A DNA stretch of 64,000 nt, from positions 1-64,000 of IMG/VR virus record IMGVR_UViG_3300032007_000052; one strand, given 5' to 3'. The position numbers were made by a program, and so were the translations under genes. Below the pieces are notes generated by a model, which was not told where the DNA came from, made no database searches, and saw nothing but the letters and a program-made list of their open reading frames with translations. The DNA comes from a virus. Its lineage: Duplodnaviria; Caudoviricetes. Below are positions 48,670-59,856 of this stretch, in pieces. Positions within the stretch are counted from its first letter, which is position 1. Every line of letters begins with the position of its first letter.

Positions 48670-51477
48670 CTGATTTATTAACGATTGCAGAGGCGCGTAT
48701 TGCTGAAAAGCAGGTGCAAGAGATTGAGAAGGTAAAACAGAGGCTTGAAGCTGACAGAGATGTTTTGAAACAGGCCATAGAGCTTGTTAATTCACATACT
48801 TTGTATAAAAAGGTGGAAACCTATAGATATTGTTATAAGTACGTGCTTGTGACTGAGGATATGCTAAAAGCTGATTACCTTAAAGAGTCTAAGTATGGTT
48901 GGCAACGCGGAATAAAATTTAAAAAAGGTGATTCTTCAAAAAGTTGGAATACTGGGATTTTAGAGGTTAACGGAGAAACCTATTACGATATTAGATTTGC
49001 CTTAAATGCCTATGAAAAAGATGTAACTGCAAGGGAATATGAGATAGGTCATTTGCAGGATAAAATAAATGAACTCAAAAAAGAGATTGAACAGCTTAAC
49101 AATGATTTTCCGTCCCTAAAGGAAGCTATTGAGGAGTGGATGGCATACCAGGAGGAGCAAAAGAAGAATGAAGAATGAGATTCTTGAGCTAATATCTGTT
49201 TTTTTAGAGGATAGAGGATATAAAGTTGATTATGACGATGGAGCTATTTACGTGGATAATTTGAGGATTTTAGTAGAAGAGGATAAGTAATGACAAAAAC
49301 AGTATGTGATATTTGCGGTAAAGATATGCCTTTAGAAATATATTCAAGATCAATTAAAAATTATAAATTTTGTATATCAAGTTATGGAAAAGTATGGGAT
49401 ATATGTAATGAGTGCAGGGAGGAACTTAATAACTGGATGAAAAAACGAAAGGCAGAAAATGTAGAAAATGAAGAATAGTTTCTCAATTATGTATATCAAT
49501 GGGAAGTATTATACGTATTCGGTTACGTGTGTAAATGGAAAAGTATATGTTGATATAAATGTAATGTAAAAGTGATACATAAGGGGGCTTTATGAGCAGA
49601 GCAATAACAGTTACATTCGATAAAACAGAAGAAGATATACCTTGTTTATGCGTTACTAGGCAGGTTTTTAGCTTATGTGGGAATGAAATATATGTTGATA
49701 AGGTTATCACAGGTGAAAAAGCTGAGAGATTATGGGATGAGCTAACAAAGTCTAAAGCTGATAGATGTGAGGTTAAGTAATGGGAGAAAGAAATCCGTTT
49801 GAGTTAGATGATTTTACTTTTGATTTGCTTAGAGTGTTCATAAAACATGGACTTGGCAACATGAAATTGTATGAAACTATATGTTTTCAGTGTCAGTTAT
49901 GTGACGAAACTGCACTTATGACGTTGGCAGAGTTTTATGAGAAGTGTATTCCGAGTGAGTTTGCATTATGGAGAAAGGGAAATAAGACTTTGACATTCTC
50001 TGATTGGTTGGATGAGAACTGGGAAGAAGGTAATTTGTGTCCGCCACCTTTACCAGCACAAGAAGCTTTGTATTTCTTGCATGATTATCTGCTAGAGGGG
50101 TGGTATTCTACAATGCCTATGAGTACGGAGCAGGTAAACACTGAAATGGTGGATATGATATTGCAAAAACATTCAAAAAAATACAGGAAAGAGCTAAAAG
50201 AAAGACAGAAAAATGATAAAACGTGAGGATGTTTTAGAGATTGATTTTAACCGTATCTGTTCTACATATACTAGACCAGCGGAGCATATTTATAATCTTA
50301 TAGAGAGCATTCCTGAGCAGAAAGTAGTACCTGAGAGAGAGGTTTACAAGCTTGTAGGTGCGATTCTAGCTGAGATTGATTCAGATAATAGGGGTAGTGC
50401 TGATTATTTCATTGTAGACAGGATTGAGGAGATTGTTGAAAGGTGGTTAAACCGTGACAAATGAGCAATATTCGACTGCTAAAAAACTTAAGTCAGACAT
50501 TGATACGCTAGAAAAAATTTACACTGAGATTAAGGTGAACCATGGTCAAACAGGGCCTATTAAAAGTGTTATTTTGCGGATTGATTTTGAAGAGTTTGTC
50601 CATGAGGAAATTATTAAGCTTAATAAGGAATTTGAGAAACTATAAAATGTATTCGGATGACTTTTTTTACTTCCAAAATTGATAAGTACTAGTCAGAAAC
50701 GAGGAAAACATGAGTTTGCATATTACAGACAAGGAAGCACAAAAACTATTCAATAAACTTGAATATAAAGGCTGTAAAAACTGTCAGCATCAAATAGCAC
50801 CATTAAGGATGTGCAAATGGGCTGAACAAGGTGGTGATGGACGCATACATTTGATTTGTCCTATGTGGGATAAAAGAGGTTAAAGAGAATGAGAACTATA
50901 AGCGAATGGAACAAATATCTCGAAGATTTAAAAACATTAAGAGATAAGATTTACGAGGGTACAAAAACTACAGATGGATTATGTATACAGTTGTCAATGG
51001 AAGATTGTGATATTATATGGGAACTGTTAAGTAGTGAAGCAGATGAGGTTTTTAACACTCCATTAGAGTTTTATATGAGGGATAATGAAAATTATGATTG
51101 ATGAAGCGATTAAAACAGAAGAAAATATAGCAGAAGAAAATCAAAGAGTTGTTGATACTGGTATTGTATTTGACGACGTGACAATTGATATGCTCTACTG
51201 TGATGATACCGAAGTGATAGAGGAACATTTAGCAAATTATCAGAGGCGTGCCGAAGAACACAGGCAACTTGCAGAATGGCTGAAAGAACTGAAAAGCTTA
51301 AAAGAGAAAGACGAACCTAAAGCAGTACGTTATGAGGGTGACGGATACGCAGATGGTGAAATGGTTTATGACATGGCATTTTGCCCTAACTGTGAGCATG
51401 AATTTGAAGAGGACTCAGAAAATTGGATGTGTGATTTTTGTCCTAACTGCGGTCAGAGATTGAGGTGGGAAGAATGA
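48666..51477 (+). CDS. run of small overlapping hypothetical ORFs (48666, 49290, 49592, 49780, 50213, 50454, 50889, 51085)
   Basis: Tightly packed + strand ORFs with RBS and ATGA overlaps; several CxxC zinc-ribbon motifs. Confidence 0.6.
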
Positions 51478-51485
51478 CAAAAGGA

Positions 51486-51770
51486 ATGATTGTTAATATA
51501 TGCGGAATACCACACAAAGTAATTGAGTGCGAAGACAACTTTAATGTTGATACACATTTCGGTCAGATAGATTATAAGGCTTGCGAAATCAGAATTAACA
51601 AAGATATGTCACAAGAAAGCAAGGACGAAACACTTTGCCATGAGATGCTACATGGAATATTAGTTCACCTTGGATATAATGATTATTCGCAGGACGAACA
51701 ATTAGTGCAAGCACTTGGAAACGCCATATATCAAGGATTCAGCATTAAGGCAGAGAGTGAGGAAACATGA
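51486..51770 (+). CDS. HExxH metallopeptidase-like protein, copy 1
   Basis: TLCHEMLHGIL; near-duplicate of 53827-54111. Confidence 0.75.
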   Translation: MIVNICGIPHKVIECEDNFNVDTHFGQIDYKACEIRINKDMSQESKDETLCHEMLHGILVHLGYNDYSQDEQLVQALGNAIYQGFSIKAESEET

Positions 51771-53479
51771 GTGGAGGAGATTATAGCTATATATATAGCA
51801 AGTTATCAATGGAATGTGAAGGCAGAATGTATGACGCTGAAATGAATGATTTAATTAAAGATTTGTGCGAAGTTTTGCATGACCTTGAATGGTGGCAAAG
51901 TGGGGATACTTCAGAAGAACGTTATAGAAATACACTTACGAAGTTTAAGGCTAAGTGGTTTAAGGGTGACAGGCAGGAACGCTTGAAAGGATATATAGAT
52001 GAGCAAATAGGCATTGTGAGAAGTCAGCTATATTCCTTGATAGGCGAGCCACAGGAAAGCGAGGAAACAGAGCCATGATAGAAATTATAAGTCAAGGAAA
52101 AAGTCTAAGCGAAGCAAGAGTAAAGTGTACGGTGGCAAAAATATTACTTACAGAACTATTACCCGCAGAAAAGATATCAGCAGATACGACTGTCAAATTG
52201 TTAAATGCTATCGGCGGTATAGGTATAGTAGAAAGTGAGGATAAGGAATGAAAAATAATGTACCTAATTATCCGCTGATGGTAATGATTGTTCTATTAGA
52301 AGGTTTCTTGTTTGGGCTAATCGTAGAAGCAATGAGGTGAGTAAGAATGAAAGATAATATCTATTGGCACATATTCAGCAGATTAAAGAAAAAACATCCG
52401 AAATGGAGCAAAAAGCAAGTTGGAATGTTTGCGTACAAAGCGAGGAATAAGAAATGACAGAATACACATTTGAAAACAATGCACTCTATAGATATATACC
52501 TATTGATGCTAACACAACAAAAAGGGAATTAGTTATTACAAAAGATGAATTTCTCATGTGCTACATAAAGTGGATATGCCCTGAACTGCTAAATCACTAA
52601 TTGGAAAAGTTAAAGAAGAACATTGAAGATAAGGTTTATAATATATCTGCATATAACGAATGTTTAGATTGCGATGTTATAGATTATGAGGATGTAAATG
52701 AAATTATTCAAGAAAAAATCAATGCACTAAAGGAGAATAAAGATGGGAAGAAGTAATTTAATACCGATTACAAGAATCTATGACATTTATCCTAAATACA
52801 CATACAGTGATGATGTTAAAAAATTCATGGATGAAATTGTAGATATTGACCGAGTCAATGTTTACACGAAAGATGAAATAATAACTATGCTTACAGATTT
52901 GGAGTTGGACATTGAGGAAAAGGAAAGCGATTACAAAGATAAGTTTATGCAAAGGTCTAATATAATACATGAAACCGCTATGAATGGAAGAATGTTCGGT
53001 TGTGGAGAATGTAAAAACCTAATCCAGAAGAAAATTGATGCTTTAAATATGGAGAATACCCGAAAATAGAATGAAAACATTAAAATATTGCCCTTATTGT
53101 GGTAAAGAAATCGAGGTAGAAGAATGACAAGAGAAGAAATCATAGCAGATGAAAGATACCATACTTGCGGAAGGTGCAGATGGGGAGATTTAAACGAAGA
53201 TTTATACCCATGTAATAAATGTATTCACGGTGTTGATAAACGAGAGGATTTTTGGCAGTACGCAGAAAGTGGGGATAATGAATGAGTTTTGATAAGGAAT
53301 GGGAAGTTGAAGCCACTATTGAGATTAAAACATCATTTTTTTGCGACACAAAGGAAGAAGCGGAGAAAGAAGCACATAAATATTTATCAGAATTATGCCA
53401 AGGCTTATACCCCGATTGTTGTTCAAATAGCTACGAGATTGAGGATATATATAGCTATACAGAAGATAGTCAAGGTTAG
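51767..53479 (+). CDS. run of small hypothetical cassette ORFs (51767, 52743, 53282 and others under 60 aa)
   Basis: Separated by the GAAAGYGAGGA junction motif. Confidence 0.55.
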
Positions 53480-53522
53480 TCAAGGTTAGTCAAGGATTTA
53501 GTCAAGAAAGCGAGGATAAGGA

Positions 53523-53827
53523 ATGAGAATTGAAAAAACAGAAACATTTATCGAACACGATATTATCATGGATGGTACGAAGGTAGGCAATGTGGAACTT
53601 TGCCCTGAAGTAATGAGATAGCAAGGCTAGTTATCTTTGAGCCGTATCAAAACCAAGGTTATGGAACATATGTTGTAAAGAAACTGTTAGCACAAGGGTA
53701 TAAGTCCTTATGGGTGCGTTCTGATAATCCAAGGGCAATTCATGTTTATGAAAAGTGTGGATTTAAAAAGGGTAACACATATATGTTCGAAATGGTAGCG
53801 GACAAGGCAGAAAGTGAGGAAGAGTAA
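53523..53827 (+). pseudogene. frameshifted GNAT acetyltransferase
   Basis: MRIEKT...ELCPE, then a frame change near 53610 into EIARLVIFEPYQNQGYG...NPRAIHVYEKCGF. Confidence 0.7.
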
Positions 53828-54111
53828 TGATAGTCAATATATGTGGAATACCCCACAAAGTAATTGAGTGCGAGGACAACTTTAATGTTGATACGCACTT
53901 TGGTCAGATAGATTATAAAGACTGCGAAATTCGTATTAACAAGAATATGACTGAGGAAAGCAAAAAAGAAACTATCTGCCATGAAATGGTACATGGAATA
54001 TTAGTTCACCTTGGATATAATGATTATTCGCAGGACGAACAATTAGTGCAAGCACTTGGAAATGCAATATATCAAGGATTCAGCATTAAGGCAGAAAGTG
54101 AGGATAAATGA
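53827..54111 (+). CDS. HExxH metallopeptidase-like protein, copy 2
   Basis: TICHEMVHGIL. Confidence 0.75.
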   Translation: MIVNICGIPHKVIECEDNFNVDTHFGQIDYKDCEIRINKNMTEESKKETICHEMVHGILVHLGYNDYSQDEQLVQALGNAIYQGFSIKAESEDK

Positions 54112-54220
54112 TAGTTAGAGTAATAAAAGATATACTTATCATCCTTTACATCCTGGTTATGCCTATGTGGTTAATGGAATTGTTAGGAATTGATAAATAT
54201 TTTGTAGAAAGTGAGGAAAC

Positions 54221-55975
54221 ATGATACAGATAGATGATTTTGATTTACCGATTACAGTAGCGGAAAAGATTATTGGTGCTACTAAAAATGTTCTTGCGAG
54301 TCCGTTAGATAAAGCGGCATATAAAGCTTTTACAGGAAAAGAAATTGGCGAAACAGTAAGTAGAGATATGTTTGAACTGGAAGAAATTAAAGAAATAGCT
54401 GATTACTTAATGGTTTACTATCAAGCACATATCAACGGAGATTGAAGATTAAGGGAAGCAGAAAGTGAGGATGAGGAATGAATATGGATTATTCTAAAGT
54501 CTTTGAATTGCTAAACCAAGATGCAGAAAAGGAAAGAAATAAAAAGGCTGATGTTAAACAGCAATTATTAGATAAATTATCAGAAGAACCTCTAATGGTA
54601 TTATCAACTGCTTATGCCTATGCTAAGAATTATGTGATCTATGGAGAAGATATAACAAAAGCATGGACTACAGCAGTACAACAAGCATCGATATTAGAAC
54701 AGGTTAAACTAAAAGCGCAAACAGAAGCCTATGATTCTTTTAAGAAAGATTACGAAAACCGCTTAAAGACTGAAATGGCAGCTATGCTAGACAAGATAAA
54801 AGCTGAAATAGAGGAAGAAAAGGAACATGCTTATGCAGATTTTGAGAGGTACAAAGTAGAGTATTTAGGACAAGAGTGGGAAGATGCTTTAGACAGTTTG
54901 CCAATAGACGATTTTAGGTATGGCATGGAAAGAACAATCGAGATTATTGACAAGTACAATAATAGTGAAGGATAAAATAATGGCAGATATAGAGTTAGTA
55001 ATTGACATACCTGAAGAAACATATATTTATTTGCGCAATGGTGGAACTATTGGGGCGTCATTAATGATTGAGAACGCAATCAAGAATGGTACACCACTTC
55101 CTAAAGGACATGGAGATTTAAAGGATATAAGCAAGATTGATTATCAGCCTGGTTGTTTTGTTTCATCTGAAGGAGAACCAATACCAATAATACACAAAAT
55201 TGCAACTATTGAAATGATACGAGACTGGTTGCCAACAATCATAGAAGCAGATACGGGAAAGTGAGGATAAGGAATGATTGAGATAATAAAGCGCGGAACA
55301 AAACAACATCGGATATGTAGTGCGTGTGGTTGTGAGTTTACATTTGAAAAAGAGGATATAAAACGAGAGGATACGGACGGTTACAAGGGATTCCGAGATT
55401 TCGTGCAGTGTCCACAGTGCTATGAGAAAGTTATTTTGCAGCAGATTAGATAATGATAAGTCAGAAAGTAGGAATGAAATGACAAATGGAGAAAAAATAA
55501 AAGAAACATTTCCGCAAGCAGAAATAATACCACAGTATGTTACTGATATAGGGCTAATAGGATATGACGTATGCATAGACGGAGAAACTTATTTTTCTAA
55601 GGAGTGGTGGGACATGGAATATCAAGAGCCAGTTACTAATTTAGAATCTGCTGAGGTCCTCGACAAATACAAATCAGAAAGTGAGAAAATATGAATGAGT
55701 TTTTAGAAAGATATTATACAGTGCAACCTATTAAACCGGATGAAAACTATTTTTACGCTTGTGAATATATGGCACTAACAGAGATGTATGCAAGAAGTCT
55801 TACTACTAAACGGTGTGAGTATGATAAGACAGAAGCTGATATAGATGATACTAAGTGGCATAGAGAGTTTTTCAATGAATATAATAGGTCTATTAGATAT
55901 AAATATATAGAAATATGGCCAGAGATTAGGGAAGTAATAAAAAACATGGCAATTATACTGCTCAAATGTGGATAG
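54221..55975 (+). CDS. run of small hypothetical cassette ORFs (54221, 54478, ~54980, ~55274, ~55479, 55691)
   Basis: Starts embedded in the junction motif. Confidence 0.55.
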
Positions 55976-56036
55976 ATGAGTATTACAGACTTAAAGATTG
56001 TTTTGAAAGATATTGAAGCAAAGAAAGAGGTAAGAA

Positions 56037-56795
56037 GTGTTAGTAAGTATTACAAATAAGTGTCGAATGGGATGTTCTCACTGTATGGATGATGCAAGAG
56101 CTGATAGTGAGGAATTTATGACGTTAGATATGTTTAAAAAGGCTGTTGAGTTTAATTTTAAGCATGATTTTTCGCTAACAATTACTGGTGGGGAACCAAC
56201 AGAACATCCTTTGTTTTGGAATTTTATGGACATTGTTGCTGATTATGCAAGCAAAACTAATGTAGTATCGGTCATATCAAACGGAATGAATTTTAGCAAT
56301 GAAGATATTCCTAAAATCAGAAAATTAAATCAAAAAAGTAAAGCTACTATTTGTTGGCAAATAACGTCAGATAGTAGATATTATCCAATTAAAATTGATT
56401 TATCACAGAAAGTATTTAGGAAATGTGGCTTTTTTGTGTGTGAACATATTGAAAAACTAGATCCTATGGGTAGAGCACTAAATCATCCTGAGTGGAATTT
56501 TACCCAGATTGCTCCTCATTGTTTTAATTTTAGGTCAATTGTCAGAACCAATGGAAAAGAAAAGGGTTTTGCTGAAAGTGTTTTGATGTTAAGAGGCAGA
56601 CAAAAATTCTGTACACCACAAATATCTTTTGATGGGATGCTAAAACTTGGAGAATCGACTTTGTGTCCTGCTGTTTGTTCTATAGAAGAGAGCGAAAAAG
56701 AGATAGTGTCTAGGATAATAGATTTTCGTTGTAGTAAATGTAATCGAGTTTTAAATAAATTACCAGATGCGTATAAGAAAGCAATAGGGGAATGA
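56037..56795 (+). CDS. radical SAM protein
   Basis: CRMGCSHC (CxxxCxxC), TGGEPT, additional C-terminal Cys residues. Confidence 0.88.
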   Translation: MLVSITNKCRMGCSHCMDDARADSEEFMTLDMFKKAVEFNFKHDFSLTITGGEPTEHPLFWNFMDIVADYASKTNVVSVISNGMNFSNEDIPKIRKLNQKSKATICWQITSDSRYYPIKIDLSQKVFRKCGFFVCEHIEKLDPMGRALNHPEWNFTQIAPHCFNFRSIVRTNGKEKGFAESVLMLRGRQKFCTPQISFDGMLKLGESTLCPAVCSIEESEKEIVSRIIDFRCSKCNRVLNKLPDAYKKAIGE

Positions 56796-56798
56796 TTT

Positions 56799-57252
56799 AT
56801 GGGTGAGTTGAATAGAAGGCTCGAATTAGAAGGCGGAGAGCTTAGAGAGATTTCTTGTGAGGAATACAAGGCTAGAATGGAAAAACTGATAGAAGAGAAA
56901 GGATTCTACGGTGCTGTTGAAAGTATATGTGATTTAATCAATGAAGAGTATGCTTTGCCTTGTGATTATTTGACTTGTAGAGGCCTACAGGAATGTTTAA
57001 GCGACATTTTGTTTCTAGTGGAGTTAAGAGAGAATGACAAATAAAGAATGGTATTCAATTGGGATCTATAATGGGAAAAGCCTTCTTGAGTGGGCGAAGA
57101 TATGGTTTAAGACAGATAACGACACGTTCTTCAAGATATATGGTTTTAATTTCAATCCGCATAAATATCCAGGACTATACGAGGTTGCAAGAAAAGAAAT
57201 TGATGATGAAATAAATCTGGATGAAAAGCTTTATTTTAAGGATTTGGGGTGA
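56799..57252 (+). CDS. two small hypothetical ORFs (56799-57044, 57034-57252)
   Basis: Overlapping + strand ORFs. Confidence 0.55.
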
Positions 57253-57323
57253 GAATTCTAGGTTGTTTGCTTCCAAATAGTTCACAAAAAATAAGAATTT
57301 TTGATGCGACAAGGGAGAAAAAT

Positions 57324-58268
57324 ATGAAATTTCTAGTGAGTATCTTGTTATCAGCAGCAATTATTCCAGAAGTAGGGACAGCACATTTACCACCAACAGT
57401 TATTTTGGACGAAGATTTTTCGACAGACGTTGATGATGTATTAGCTGTCAGAATGGCAACCAAAGCAGACAAGTTAGGTTATATTAATCTAGCTTGTGTT
57501 GGTTTGTCATGTAGCAATTACAATGCGAGCAGAGCTATGCATGGGCTTCTTTCGTATGATGGGTATTCTGATATACCTATTGGGACATGTTCTGAGGAAA
57601 ATGTTCAAACCAATGATTATTGGGGCGAGCTATGGGGATATGGAGACGAAAACACACTTATTCAGTACAATTCAGTAGAACTCTATAAGAATGTTCTTTC
57701 TAAATCAGACACAAAAGTTAAGATTGTAACTACAGGATATCTTTATAACGTAGCTAATTTATTGAAAGATAAAGATGGTTATGAACTTGTAAAAACAAAA
57801 TGTGATTCCATATGGATTACTGGTGGTAGTTGGAAATCAGGGATGGATAACAATTTCTACGCTATGCCTAAATCAGCGGAAGCAATCAGGTATGTTATTA
57901 ATCATAGTCCTGTTCCTCTTGTATTTTCGACAAGCAATACAATGTCTATCAAAGAAGAGTATAGATGTATTATGACAGGAGATACTTTGAATTCTTCAGA
58001 TCCGGTGGCTAAAGCGTTAAAAAAGTACGGACAGGTCCATAATTTTAATATGGAGAATGGATATTATAGTTGGGATAATGTATGTGTATTTGCTGCATGT
58101 TATCCTTTTGAAATAAATCAGATGCATTTGACTCCATGCAATATTTATGTTGCTCCAAATGGTGCTAATACGTTTGATTTAGAAGGAAATTTTAATTGCC
58201 AGGTCATAGAACGTAATAGCAACGATTTAACTTGGTATGAGGATGTTATTAACTCGTATATGAATTAA
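57324..58268 (+). CDS. nucleoside hydrolase-like protein with possible signal peptide
   Basis: ILDEDFSTDVDDVLA (DxDxxxDxDD), TTG.L.NVANLL, NNF and SWD motifs; hydrophobic N-terminus. Confidence 0.7.
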   Translation: MKFLVSILLSAAIIPEVGTAHLPPTVILDEDFSTDVDDVLAVRMATKADKLGYINLACVGLSCSNYNASRAMHGLLSYDGYSDIPIGTCSEENVQTNDYWGELWGYGDENTLIQYNSVELYKNVLSKSDTKVKIVTTGYLYNVANLLKDKDGYELVKTKCDSIWITGGSWKSGMDNNFYAMPKSAEAIRYVINHSPVPLVFSTSNTMSIKEEYRCIMTGDTLNSSDPVAKALKKYGQVHNFNMENGYYSWDNVCVFAACYPFEINQMHLTPCNIYVAPNGANTFDLEGNFNCQVIERNSNDLTWYEDVINSYMN

Positions 58269-58598
58269 AATAGAGTTAGAATCGAGTTAAAACTTAATTA
58301 CAAGCTAAAAAGTTACTTTTCGGAAAAAACAAAATAGGAGACTTTTGAAGCACATGATTAGAAAGGTAAAAAACCGAAGGCAAGTGCATCGTGGATGCGT
58401 TCTTATGGACGATAAAGAAAATAGATATTTAGTACTTGAGGTTAATTTGTTTAAGGGGTCTATAACTGTTTTGGATAGCAAGTTTAATATTGTTGCTATT
58501 GGGATTAAATGGATAGGAAATTATTATATTCTTCTTGAGGATGAAGTTGATATGGATGCAATGAGAGAATTAATGGGATTCGGAAAGGTGGAAAAATT

Positions 58599-58985
58599 AT
58601 GAAAAAAGTTTTTGCAACATTACTAATCTGTGGATGTCTTTTAACTGGATGCTCCGAAGCGGATAGGGTATCTTATAACATAAGCCGAGAAGCAGACGAA
58701 TTTAACACATTAAGGCAGATAACAGTTCTTAATTGTATTCAGGGCGATGTTCTGTTTCAAATGACGGGTAAAATGTCAATAACCGCTGACACTCAAGATA
58801 ATCAGTTGGAAATTACAGTTAAGGATGAAAAAGGAAATTTTAAAAAACATTTCATTGGATTATCTGACAATGTAACTTATGTTGTGGAAGATATTACAGA
58901 TAATGCAGATGTTTCAGAATACCATTATGAGCTTGTTTTCAATCCCAAAATGTGGTTGCCAGTTGATGTTAAACTTGGCAAATGA
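58599..58985 (+). CDS. lipoprotein
   Basis: MKK-hydrophobic-LTGC lipobox. Confidence 0.8.
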   Translation: MKKVFATLLICGCLLTGCSEADRVSYNISREADEFNTLRQITVLNCIQGDVLFQMTGKMSITADTQDNQLEITVKDEKGNFKKHFIGLSDNVTYVVEDITDNADVSEYHYELVFNPKMWLPVDVKLGK

Positions 58986-59579
58986 TGTTTTTGTGGTATA
59001 ATTAATATACTTGATTTTGCTAAGATCAAGTCCCATAGAAGAGGTTTCCCACTGTACCTTAAACAGTGGTTTTTGTATGCAAAAAAGCTAGTACCTTATA
59101 GATACTAGCTTCTTCTTGAAAAGAGATTCACATGAGTAATAAAAATCTAAATATATTATATCACGTTTATCTCAAAGCGAAATAAAAATATGTTGATGTA
59201 GTGTAAACAATATGATAATATGGGTATTGGAAGGAGGCATGATGGGTAAGAAAAAGAATAAAAAAAGCATTAAAAAGATTCTGAAAATAATGAAATAGTT
59301 ACCAATTTTCTTTTAGCGATAGGAGCATTGATAGCGTCAATTTCAGAACTTATAAAAATCCTTAAGTAAATTCTATCATTGTTAGGAACATTCTTCAAGT
59401 AGTGTTCCTAACTACTCATCAATTTAACTTAATGAAAAAAACTACACCTATTTTTCTTGCTTCTGCATGGATTTTACACTATATGAATAGAAATTTATTT
59501 AGTAGTGCAATTTTATTTAGTGCAGGTATGATAATGTTAACAGAGTCTATAAAAGATTTCAGAAAGTTAAGGAAGAAAT

Positions 59580-59830
59580 CTCACTAATACCCACGGGCAA
59601 GCCCGTGGGGTTGTCTGACAACCCGGAGTGAGTAGCCTGAGTGAAGCCTATTGGCTGAACTACGTTAAGAGAGAATATATAGTTACCTACGGATGTCGTA
59701 CCAAGTCTGTAGCTCTAAGGTCTGTGATTAAACAGTCCTGTGGTATAGGGACAGTGTTGCTGATACAAAACCTCTCATTAACATTGGCGATGGTACACTA
59801 ACCGCTCTTCGGAGCGAGTAATTAAACCTT
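59580..59830 (+). ncRNA. omegaRNA (HEARO-like) scaffold
   Basis: TAGCCT...CTACGTT...GCTCT...TTAAACAG...AACATTGGCGA pattern directly upstream of iscB. Confidence 0.85.
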
Positions 59831-59856
59831 TATGGTTTTGGAAAGGGGAATACGTA

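Noticed and set aside
59240-59370. Frameshifted small membrane peptide gene
   Set aside because: Too short to distinguish a pseudogene, slippage or sequencing error from chance.
59559-59580. IscB guide (TCAGAAAGTTAAGGAAGAAAT) resembles the cassette junction motif, suggesting guided cutting of junctions
   Set aside because: Best alignments (e.g. 55461) need indels near the seed, and both sequences are purine-rich and RBS-like, so chance similarity is likely.
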